The notes under the pieces were generated by a model, which saw only the letters and a program-made list of their open reading frames with translations, had not been told where the DNA came from and ran no database searches. The position numbers and the translations under genes were made by a program. From Leptogorgia sarmentosa (Eukaryota), in contig OZ210885.1 of NCBI GenBank assembly GCA_964658305.1, forward strand, positions 4,216,001 through 4,280,000: DNA of 64,000 nucleotides. The letters run 5' to 3'. Shown one piece after another: positions 1-11,510 of this stretch; positions within the stretch are counted from its first letter, which is position 1, and each line of letters begins with the position of its first letter.

Positions 1-1744
1 ATATAGTCACTGCCCGTGTCAAGAAATTGGAAGGTAATGAGTAATAATATAAGTAGTATAAGTGAAATTGCTCGAGTTATTTAAACGATATTTAACTACA
101 GGAAAACCACCGTCGTGCGATCAGTAGCGTATAATAACGAAGTAAATGTACTACTTCATTACGTAAGGGCTAGGAGTAAATTTTTTTGCCGGCATACCTG
201 TGCTTGGAACGAAGTAAGATTAAAAAGTAGCGCTTTACTAACTTTTATGGTATTATTGGTTAAACTTTCATTGGCTTTTAGAAAGAATTTCAAGTTTTGA
301 ATTCGACATCCGTCTAATGGAAACCAATTTGCATGCAATGATACTAGCGAAACTCGATGATTTATGGTTCGTTGTTTCACTTTTGAATTTTCATATAACT
401 AGGAAAAACAACCATCCTCCCTCTACATATCATGCCGGCTCCGTACAGTACTTTTACTTCATGTATTTTGATCTATTTTGCTGTAGTAATTTCTACTTTT
501 ACTCAAGTCGTTTTATTTCGAATTCAGGAGCGTAAATACCGAATATGGCTTGGGCGGTTCATGAAAATCAAACCGATCAATTACTGATATGCGAATTTAG
601 GCCTACTACAGCTAAAACCAGTTAATGCTACGAAAGTACGAATAACTTGTTTTTACCGAAAATATACAATGTATTTTATAGTTGTGATATAGTGGGTTGT
701 AGCAACGGTTAAAGCAGTGTAGCCAGCGAAAAACGGTTGGTCCTGTTTCGAGAATTTACTAGAAAAGTTTGGTCGGTTAAACAATCCCAAAGAGATAGTT
801 TGAATTTTGAATTTTCAATCGTTGCAATTTAGAGAGTACTCAAAGTTGTCTCACTGTTGTCAGGTTCTATTTCTGCGACAATTGTAACGCTGTTATGAAA
901 CGAGGCTTTATAGTAAGAATGCATATTTTCCCGCCAAAATTATATAACCTATCGGCCAAGACGATATGATATTTGCAAATATTCCTTGTCACAGAAGTGA
1001 TAAAAAATATCTTTTTAATATATATTGGCCTCTGTTATGTTGTACATTTTTTCTAGTAGCTATAATTTCCTTTCATTTCCTGTCATAAAGATACTTTAAT
1101 GGTATATTTGCCATCGTTTCAAAACTTGTTTAATGTGACGTCCGCGTCGTGAATTCGCGTTGTAGGTTTCGAGTGCCCTATTATGGCCATGCGACGTTTT
1201 TATTTCCAATATTGCTGTTTGTAAGGCGGAAGTCATTGAACATCAATTTCCGCCTGAAATGGGGTTGACTTCGCTTGTGCCAATAAAATATTATTAATAC
1301 ACGGAATGGAGGACTATAACTGGGCTCGGTTAACTGGATAGAGGCATTCGATTGGTTCATATTCCTTTAATCACATAGACAATCTAAGCAGGGCCGGAGT
1401 TATAGTCACTGCTTTGTTTTCAACAACATATTGATCGTTATTTCAAAAGAATGTGGTCTAAAGTAATGGCGTAGAAGTATATTTAAATTTATTATAGCAT
1501 TACTATATATATATATATAGTAGCAGTCGTAAGTGTGACTTTCACAGTTTTGTAATAGAAAGAAGGTGGCATGAAATGATTCGAAATGCTATGCGCGGAA
1601 TGTACATGCAAGGGAAACATACCTTCAGTTCAGTTTGATGAAACGATTTCTATTCATTTGATTCCATACGTAAAACACACAGAAAACAAACAATTCTGTT
1701 GTCTTGACACAATCTCTAAATTGAAATAATGTTTTCCATTTCAG

Positions 1745-2728
1745 ATGAATGACACAAACTCAGTAGAGACATTCAAAAGAAACCTGAACCTAAATTGCAT
1801 TGATAGCCAGATCACATCACAATTTCTCATTCGGAATAGTCTGGCGTTTGGTATATTCAACATATTTTTAACATTTGCAACGATACTACTCAATTTGACC
1901 ATGGTTGTCGCGTACATGAAATCGAAAATTTTAAAAACAAAGAATGCATATTTTATGGTCTTCATGTTGTCAGTTAACGATCTCATTGTTGGGTTGACAT
2001 CTAATGTCCTATTTGCTACAAATTTGTTGAAAGAATACAGTTCGCAAAGGACCGAATGTCTTCTGAAAAGAATACAAATATTGTTGCTGTTATTTTCCTC
2101 GGGGTGTTCATTCAAAACTCTGGTTGTCATGAGCTGGGAACGTTACGTTGCAATATGCCATCCGCTATTCCATCGAACGAAAGTCACTCAGAAACGTCTC
2201 AAGAAATGTCTGGCATTTCTTTGGTTTCTTGCATTCGTTTGTACAGTACTTTCGTGGCAATTCATTGAATTTTTTGATTACGTGATTGGTCCTGAGCTTA
2301 TTGTGTTCAGTATTTTTTTAGTCTATGTTTACGCAAGAATTTATCTAGCAAGTTCCAGATCGTCTAAAAACGTCATTCAAAATGCAGGACAGCAAGACGC
2401 TGATGCAAACACTGCGAGGGAAGATCAACGACGCCATTTCACATTGAATATCAGGCTAGCAAAGTCTTGCTGTCTGGCTGTGGTGTCTTTTGGTCTTTGT
2501 TATTTGCCATCGTGCATAATTACGAACGGGGCGTTTAACTTTGAAGGAGATTTGCAAATATCAGTTATTGTTTGGGCGGAAACCCTGATTTTGGCCAACT
2601 CGAGTATAAATTCAATTGTGTTTTTTTGGAGAAGTAAACCTCTGAGGAAAGAAGCACGTGCTGTTCTTAAACAAGTTTTCGCGCGAACAACGTTTGTCAC
2701 CAGGAATGTAGAACAAACAGGACGTTAA
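1745..2728 (+). CDS. Single-coding-exon class A (rhodopsin-like) GPCR, orphan, 327 aa
   Basis: Seven hydrophobic segments; TM1 LLN, TM2 LSVNDL, TM3 SWERYVAICHP (DRY-type), TM6 CYLP, TM7 NSSINSIVFFWR (NPxxY variant); N-terminal NDT sequon. An acceptor-like TTTCAG directly precedes the ATG. Confidence 0.93.
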   Translation: MNDTNSVETFKRNLNLNCIDSQITSQFLIRNSLAFGIFNIFLTFATILLNLTMVVAYMKSKILKTKNAYFMVFMLSVNDLIVGLTSNVLFATNLLKEYSSQRTECLLKRIQILLLLFSSGCSFKTLVVMSWERYVAICHPLFHRTKVTQKRLKKCLAFLWFLAFVCTVLSWQFIEFFDYVIGPELIVFSIFLVYVYARIYLASSRSSKNVIQNAGQQDADANTAREDQRRHFTLNIRLAKSCCLAVVSFGLCYLPSCIITNGAFNFEGDLQISVIVWAETLILANSSINSIVFFWRSKPLRKEARAVLKQVFARTTFVTRNVEQTGR

Positions 2729-2810
2729 TGCATGTAGCTAATTAGCCGTTAACTATTTGAGAGCTGTATGTAGCTGTTGATTAGGGGCGAATTAGCAGCG
2801 CCATCGCATA

Positions 2811-3136
2811 TTTCCCTTTCGTAAACGGTCGTTGCTTTCCCAAACAGTCGATGCCTTCCCTGCTCGCATTTTAAATGTTACACAATGCATTTCCACTATA
2901 ACTATTTTTGTTTTCGAAGATTTTTAGCGAGCTCTAAATAATATATATAGCTATATATAGCTCAAGCTCAAGCCACGGTTGGACACTTTCACTTTTTTTC
3001 GCGTTATTGATTTCAAGTTAAAACTCTTTTCTCTCAATATTTTTCCGAATTTTATGGTTAGCGTTTGGATTTTAGGGTTTGGGTTGGGATTTTATAGAGT
3101 AAGCTATATTTTTAAATTTTAAGTTTGTCATAAACT
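2811..3136. mobile_element. Truncated copy of the MITE at 20957-21346
   Basis: Directly similar to 20957-21278 (TTTCCCT.TCGTAAACGGTCGTTG...GATGCCTTCCCTGCTCGCATTTTAAATGTTAC...TAGGGTTTGGGTTGGGATT...TTTGTCATAAACT); right TIR missing. Confidence 0.8.
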
Positions 3137-3429
3137 TGAAATAAATATATTACAAACATATTTCCCCGAACCGTGTTAACATTGCTGTTGTATCATTTCT
3201 GAAATTTGATTGGGTGTGGTCTCTGTAATATAGTTAATATATTCATGTTGTTTAGTTAATATATTCATACGCCCAGTTTGACATTTTTATATGATTAATG
3301 ACTCTGGAGCAGATATACATACAGCAGCAGTCGAACACGAATATATAGAACCTTATATTTGTAATATTTAGAAGCTAGTTAATAAAATTACAAGTTAAAC
3401 TACAGTCTCGATTCGCCAGTGTAAACACT

Positions 3430-6400
3430 AAGGTGTGTGGCCACGCCTTGTTTAGAGTAAAAAATTTGTTTTTACGCACATTCTGTTACCCCAATTCTGG
3501 GCATCTTTAAAATGGTTCCTGTGTGTCTGTAACTGTAAAAACCACAGAGAATGTCAGAGATATTGTATGGTAAACTGGGTGAAATTACCATTTATGACCA
3601 TGTTGGACGTCACATAGCCACCTTAATAAAATTTTACAAGTTACTGTAATACCCTAGAAACAGAGTCTAGTACATGTACTTTTCATGTGTCAAAGAATAA
3701 ATATATAAATTGAAAGGTGAAAGAGATATAGGATGAACAGTTTTAGAAAATATCACCGTGCATCCATAACATTTTTGCCCATATCTTTTGAACCAAGACC
3801 TCAAGTACAAGCATTCTACTAAACTGCTACATTCATCACATCGAGGGCGTTATTTTGATGTGAGAATGATGCCATAAAGTTGCATAGTTCATAGGTTATG
3901 GAGAATTACATTTTACAATTAAATTCAAAATCCAATATGGCCGCCACAATTTTTTCATTAATTTATCAATAACTTGTGAATAAAACGCTGTTATACAATG
4001 AACATATATCAAATTAAAGCCCGTAAAACGAGGAGTGTAATGATATTTGCACCATTGTTTAACACTGTTTCGTTGCAAAGTTATAAGCAAAATTGTAATA
4101 TAATATTATAACACAAGAGCATTTACAGCGCATGCACATTCAAGACAATATTTCTTACGAAAATTCACCATGATACACTTTTTTTTTCTTGAGTATATAT
4201 ATTGTAAACATATTTGCCTTGACCATATTAACATTATAAATGTGTTGCTTGTCTCATATAATTGGGCGTGGTCAGGATTCACCAATGTAAACATTATGGT
4301 GTGTGGCCACGCCCCGTTTCGAGTAAAAAATTGTTTTTCCACACATTCTGTTATCTCGAGTCTGGGAATCTATAAAATGTTTACTGTGTGTCCGTAGCGT
4401 TTAACACCACAGAGATATTGTATGGTAAATTAGGTAAAATGACCATTTATGACCATGTTGAACGACACATAGCCACCTTAATATAATTTTATAAGTTACT
4501 GCAACCACTCAGCAAACTGTGTCTAGTAATGTGTCAAAGAATGAATGGCATACATAGAAACCTACAAGAGATATGGGATGAAAAGTTGTAGAGTTAATGT
4601 AGAAGATGGTAAAATTTTTATGGTGCATATGCATGCTGATACAACTTTTCATCCCATATCTCTTGTAGCTTTCTATGTATGCCATTCATTCTTTGACACA
4701 TTAAAGTAGATGTACTAGACACAGTTTCTGAGTGGTTGCAGTAACTTATAAAATTATATTTCGGTGGCTATGTGAAGTTCATAAATGGTCATTTTACCTA
4801 GTTTACCATCCAATATCTCTGCTGTTTTAAACGCTACAAACACACGGTAAATATTTTATAGATGCCCACACTCGGGATAACAGAATGTGTGGGAAAAATC
4901 TTTTTTACTATAAACGGGGCGTGGCCACACACCATAACGTTTACATTGGTGAATCCTGACCACGCCTAATCATATAAGACAAGCAGCACGTTCATAATGT
5001 TCATATGGTCACGGCGAACATGTTTACAATATATATACTCAAGAAAAAATACGTGTATTATGGTAAAAATTCGTAACAAACATCGTCTTGAATGCGCATG
5101 CGCTAAATGGTGTTACAATATTAAATTACAATTTTGCTTATAACTTTGCACCGAAACACTGTTAGGCAGTGGTTAAAATATCATTAGACTCCTCGTTGTA
5201 TGAACTTTAATTTAATATATCGTTCATTGTATAAAATCTCTCTATTCACAAGTTATTAATAAATTAATAGAAAAAATGGTGGCGGCCATATTGAATTTTG
5301 AATTTAATTGTCATTCTCTACAGCTCATGAACTATACAACCTTATGGGATCGTTCACATATCAAAATAAAGCCCTGAATGTGATGAATGTAGTTGTAGTA
5401 GGAGTAGTTGAATGTCTACTTGAGGTCTTGGTTCAAAAGATATGGACAAGAATGTCATGGTTGCATGGTGGTTTTCACAAGACCATATACCATCCTGTTG
5501 GAATATGTCAACTTTTAACCAAACAACTCTATGCCATTATTCTCACATCGGAATGAAGCCCTCAATGTTATGAATGTAGGAGAAGATGTAGGGTGAAATT
5601 TTAATGGGTAAACGGTGATGTTTTTTTTGTGATTGCAATTTTAATTGATACATGCTGATATTTTTCTAAAACTGTTCATCCTATATCTCTTTCACCTTTC
5701 AAGGTATGCCGTTCATTCTTTGACACAGGAAAGTACATGTACTTGATGCTGTGTCTGGGTCGTTGTGGGAACTTATAAAATTATATTAAGGTGGATATGT
5801 GAAGATCAACATGGTGATAAATGGTCATTTTACCTACTTTACACACATGTAGCCCAACGCACGTGATGACGTAACATTCAATGCCCAACGCACGCGATGA
5901 CGTAACATTCAATAGTATAAATTAAACGCTACAGAGACACAGTAAACATTTTGTAGATGCACAGAATCGGGATAACAGAACGTGTGGTAAAAAAAAATAT
6001 TTATCTATCTCTTTATCTTTTTTTTATCTATATGTTTACGATATATATATACTGAAGAAATAATGGTGAAATTTTGCAACAATATAGTGCAAAATCAAAT
6101 TATGACTATGTTAAACTTCACATAGCCACCTTAATATAATTCTATAAGTTACAGCAACCATCCAGAAAATGTGTCTAGTATATGTACTTTCATGTGTCAA
6201 AGAATGAATGGCATACATAGAAACCCACAAGAGATATGGGATGAAAAGTTGTAGAAAAATATCAGCATGCACCATTTAACAACATCTTCTACATTAATTC
6301 TATAACTTTTCATCCCATATCTCTTGTAGGTTTCTATGTGTGCCATTCATTCTTTGACACATTAAAGTACATGATGTACTAGACACAGATTCTGGCTGGT

Positions 6401-6450
6401 TGCAGTAACTTATAAAATTATATTAAGGTGGCTATGTGAAGTTCAACTTT
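3430..6450. repeat. Large imperfect foldback/palindromic repeat complex (approximate ends)
   Basis: Arms of about 1.2-1.4 kb inverted around ~4610 (e.g. GTGTGGCCACGCCCCGTTT at 4301 vs AAACGGGGCGTGGCCACAC at ~4912; AATATGGCCGCCAC at ~3933 vs GTGGCGGCCATATT at ~5279). A second ~350-bp palindrome of the same module lies at ~6110-6450. Confidence 0.8.
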
Positions 6451-7260
6451 AAAGTTAAATGTCAACTATATACAACCTATGGTAACACCAACAAAAAACC
6501 CAACAAAACGAACTAATGCAAGATATATGACCCAACCCCCTATTACTTCCTACTTTTTTTTTGTCGCTGTATTGTTTTGAACTTATCTCTAAGCTGCTGC
6601 TCGGAGAAGAGCTTTAGTAGGTTATGTTGCTTACAGCCTTTGTGGCACTTAAGTACGTTTGTCCATGACCTGGTTCCTGGTGCCATTTCGCGGCAGCGAA
6701 GATGTTGCCTCCTCGATCAGCTTGGCCTCATATTCTGAGAAGTTTGACCGGCTTCCGATCGAGGAGGACGTTTCTGTGGTGGGAACTGTTACAGTAATTT
6801 CTTCCCCTCGGATCGTAGCCAGGAGTGACCTTGGAGGATGACTTTAGGCTTTTTACATTCGACAGAATGTTGCTTGAGTTGAGGTTGAAGGCTCCTATAT
6901 GATCAAAATCATGAATTATGAAGAGTGAACAGTGATACAAAAGCTTATTCAAACCAGGTAGCTACTCGCCATTGTTGGTTCCTCTTCCTCATCTTCTTCT
7001 TGGCCTTCTGTTGCTGGTTCTTCCTCAGCTTCCTCTTCAGCATATACATCTTTTAATATACAACTCGGAAAATATATATAATATGTTTAATAAACTATAG
7101 ATTGTAGTAATAGCCGTTGGTAGAGTGCTCATTGGTTGACCAGAGCATAACCTTATATTTAGCATAAGCTATCACCTTTCAATATATATATATATATACG
7201 ATAAAGTTTTGGTTAACGAAATGCCAAAAGAGTGCTCGATACCATATAGGTAGAGCAAAT

Positions 7261-7512
<252 letters not shown>

Positions 7513-7889
7513 ACATTTTCAGAAGACATTTTCTTTAACGAAAATTCACATGTTTTGCTACTCGCTATCTATCGAGGAATAGATATCGAGTAGGGTAGCC
7601 AATCAAATTGCAGCATTTGCAATAGTATACGAGTATGATTCTACTAAATATATATATATGTTTTTACAAAAGATCTCCGTGATATATACATGTACCCTTG
7701 TCAGGATATATACAAACACACACATACCGATTGACACCTACACTTTAATCATGTTTATGTTGAAACCATACGATTCCTTCCACTCACCAGCTATCAACAT
7801 ACATATTGGATATATATATATATTGACTCCAGCCCAATATATATTATATTGTACTTCAGTGTTATAAAATTTACAAAACTACGGGAATA

Positions 7890-8350
7890 AACTCATGCGT
7901 TATATAGCCTAAAACTAATTAATAAAAATGAATATAAAGCACTAGAGCATGCAAATATAACTAAGTAAAAAGTAATTAAGAATAATCTATTCTGTTTTTG
8001 GATCTAAACTCACATTTCTTATTAAGTCCATGCGGTTTCAGAGTGCACAATTGCGTATACTCTAATATCCTTCTTTAGTAAGTAGTAAGCAAACGTTTAT
8101 CTGAGGTATTGAATATTGATAACATTATCATTACTTATTTGTTCTATACCTATAAAGCTAAAGTCTGAGAGGTTATGCTCTATCCTATTATAATCGCCAG
8201 CAACTTCACACGTATTCTAATTACTTTTTACTTAGTTATATTTGCATGCTTAGTGCTTTTTATTCATTTTTATTAATTAGTTTTAGGCTATATAACGCAT
8301 GAGTTACATACAACACTGAAGAAGCCCGAACGGGCGAAATGTCTGTTAAT
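7890..8350 (-). mobile_element. Penelope-like retroelement remnant (GIY-YIG C-terminus between inverted repeats)
   Basis: Minus strand reads EHNLSDFSFIGIEQI...QLCTLKPHGLNK (typical PLE endonuclease end). About 85-bp inverted repeats at 7890-7977 and 8219-8305; hammerhead-like motif at 8312-8347. Confidence 0.7.
8312..8347 (+). ncRNA. Candidate minimal hammerhead ribozyme (PLE-type variant)
   Basis: AACA-CUGAAGA-A-GCCCG-AA-CGGGC-GAAA-UG-UC-UGUU: 4-bp stem I, 5-bp stem II, GUC triplet, vestigial stem III. Confidence 0.55.
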
Positions 8351-8503
8351 AAACAACGATTTTTATTTGTCTGGAGTTCGCGTTTCTCTTTCATACTATT
8401 TATACTTCCAAGCGTCTTGTAGGATCCTGTGGATCCTCCAGACAAGTGGGCTCATTCGTTGGTACCAGGTATCATTCAAATTTTATATACATATATATAT
8501 CTA

Positions 8504-8549
8504 ACTACAGACGGAACCGTTTCGTCCTTTTGGGACTCATCAGTGTAGT
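8504..8549 (-). ncRNA. Type I hammerhead ribozyme
   Basis: Minus strand ACUACA-CUGAUGA-GUCC-CAAAA-GGAC-GAAA-CGG-UU-CCG-UC-UGUAGU: canonical core, 6-bp stem I, 4-bp stem II, short stem III, GUC cleavage triplet. Confidence 0.85.
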
Positions 8550-8775
8550 GCAGATGAGCTCATTATGAGTCGTGTGCGATGCCTCACAGATTGTGGGACA
8601 CCGAAACTATGCCAGAGTGCTCAAACTGCGCACGCGCAGTGAGCGTTGCACTTATATATATATATTCAAATTCACCTGATGAGTGTAACAGGGTTCTACC
8701 TGTTATACGAAAGTAAATGTAATATTTCAAGTTTCCTTTTTTCTGATTTGCTCTGCTGTTTGTATTGGGCACTGT

Positions 8776-9912
8776 GTCTACATATAAACCAATACCAGCC
8801 AAAAAATATAATACAAAAAATAATCCGAAGATTAACATCTTGAAACCCAAGATATGAGTTAAAACAAGACAAAAATGAGTTTGTGATATTTCGATTTTAT
8901 TATAAATCATCAGACTAACTAAAGTTACAATATATACACAAGGTCTTATATACAAGTTGGTAATCCATGACAACAATAAACGGAAGTCTCAATCAAGGAA
9001 ACGTGACAGGTTAGCAGTGTGTGAAGTGTGATGACACGTGGGTGTAAGACATGAAGCGTAAGATTATGAAAAAAGGTTGAGTTCTTTGCTAGCTTTGAGA
9101 CCAGAATTTAGACTAGGGTACGATTAGATTTGGGTACGCGTTCCATATCCTGGTAAAGAAACTTTAGTCAAAAAATGCTTAAACTGATAAAATAAAACGT
9201 TGTCTAACTGCTCCGATAAATTTTATTGTCATTTACGACACCAAAAAGTTTTCATATTTTCTTTCGAACAAGGACAAAATTCCCAATCTTGATAAATGTA
9301 ATATAGTTTATGAAATAACATGTCCGGGGTGTTTGGAATCCTATATTGGAAAAACTGAAAGATGTTTAAAGACGCGACTTTCCGAACATATGTACTAATC
9401 CTGCTAAAAGTGCTATAGGATAACACTTTTACAACTGTGAGAACGTTCAACATATAGTAGGTCTACTGTCTACACTTTGCGTTTGACAAACTTAACAATT
9501 TATCTCGAATTCTTCACACCACTAATTCCCGCACGGCGCACACCTAATTTTCTCTTGTTGCTTGAAGCACTCTATATTGAATATCGTCTCCCTAGTCTAA
9601 ATTCTGGTCTCAAAGCTAGCAAAGAACTCAACCTTTTTTCATAATCTTACACTTCATGTCTTACACCGACATATCATCACACTTCTCACACTGCTAACCT
9701 GTCGCGTTTCCTTGATTGAGACTTCCGTTTATTGTTGTCATGGATTACCAACTTGTATATAAGACCTTGTGTATATATTGTAACTTTAGTTAGTCTGATG
9801 ATTTGTAATAAAATCGAAATATCACAAACTCATTTTTGTCTTGTTTTAACTCATATCTTGGGTTTCAAGATGTTAATCTTCGGATTATGTTTTGTATTAT
9901 AGTGTCTACATA
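8776..9912 (+). mobile_element. 5'-truncated Penelope-like element with inverted pseudo-LTR
   Basis: Plus strand 9303-9389 reads IVYEITCPGCLESYIGKTERCLKTRLSEH (GIY-YIG) and ~9561-9630 LEALYIEYRLPSLNSGLKASKEL, with frameshifts. About 250-bp inverted repeats at 8820-9075 and 9635-9890. Confidence 0.85.
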
Positions 9913-11510
9913 TGAAACTTCCCTCCCCGAACTTCACATGCTTCCTACGCCCCTGGACACACACGACCCTTTTCTCACGACACACGACACCGGGGCAAAG
10001 GGCAAATGATAACATCATAACAGTTGACCAGGTGCGATTGTCTCGACCACACAGCACGTTTGGTTTTTCTGTTGAAACATTTGGCCTTGAAAAATTATCC
10101 GTTGGTTTGGATTCTGTAAAGCGTTTTGGCGAACAGTCTTTCATGGAAGTAAGGTAGGAATAAATTAAAACGAAGTATGGTTGTGTCAATTGACCTTTGA
10201 TCTAACGATGCCGTGCGCATTATTTGAATGAGCGCAAGAATTTGTTATCTAGCTCAGTCCTTGACCGTTCTGTTTATTACATATATAAACATGGTACGGG
10301 TGCACAAATTCATTCAAACCTGTTCGCTTAGGCCAGATAGACAAGCAGTAACTGAGTTTAATAATTATCCTTAATATGATAATGAATTGCGCAAGTTATC
10401 TGTGAAATCATACTCGTACAAGATATAATTGTATGAGTGAGTTTAATAATTATCCACATGTGGATAAAGTCAACACGTCCGATTGAATTTGCGAAAGCAG
10501 AAAAAGCCTATTTTATCTCAACCTTATCCAAGCAGGAGTTTTGAGTTTGATTGTATAATCATAATGGCATGTGGCATTTCTATTGAGACAAACTTGGGCT
10601 AGATTGCAGAATACCCGGCCGGTAGTCATATGTCACTGCGTAGCCATAATTTGAGTGGCTATACTGCAGTCATACGCGAATCACACGCGTGGCCGCGCTA
10701 TTTAGTCATCTATCACTGTGTAGTCACTCTTGCGCATTATCAAATTTCAAAATGCATGGATCTGAATAATTAAAGTTTACTGTAAACATGCAAAAATTCA
10801 CTAAAAATATTTGCATGTAGCTTCTGTACACTAGTAAATTAAAAGCGCGCCTACAATATGTAATATCCACATTCAAAAGATTTTTCGCGCACAATATATA
10901 TGGAATATTTAATAGGAAGCTTTACTTTGATAATATTTAGGAATTCGCTTGTTAGTAATTATCACCGTGATATTGTTACGGTCAGGGCTTACTGTTTGGG
11001 TTAGAGTTTACTGTTTGGGTTAGGGATTACTCTTTTGAAACGTCGAATTTTGGTCGCATCGAATGCAATTCAAACAATGGATAATGAGATGACTTACTTC
11101 ATTACCTATTGTTTGAATTGCATTCGATGCTGCCTCATGGTCCAATAGCATTTATCAGAAAATTGTGTTTCGCGACGATCCAAATGCTATAATATTCGTT
11201 AAAAAACGGAATTAACAAGTTTGTACAGTGGCGTCGCCAGACTTCATAAGTGTGGGGGAGGAAAAGGCCTTGGAAGATCAATAACTTGGGGGGGGGGGCA
11301 TATTCGGGCTTCCGCGGCCTCTGGTTATGGAGGAACACCTCTAGAGCAGTCAGCTGTTTTCCAGGAATTAAGAGTTGCTACAGTGTAGTTCCACATCACA
11401 AGTCACAACAGCAATTGATGTGGTAACGTGATTTCGGTAACATCAATTGATGCTCGTTTTTTCTTATCAGATCTTAATCAACCATAAATTCCACTGGTGA
11501 AATTTCTGAA

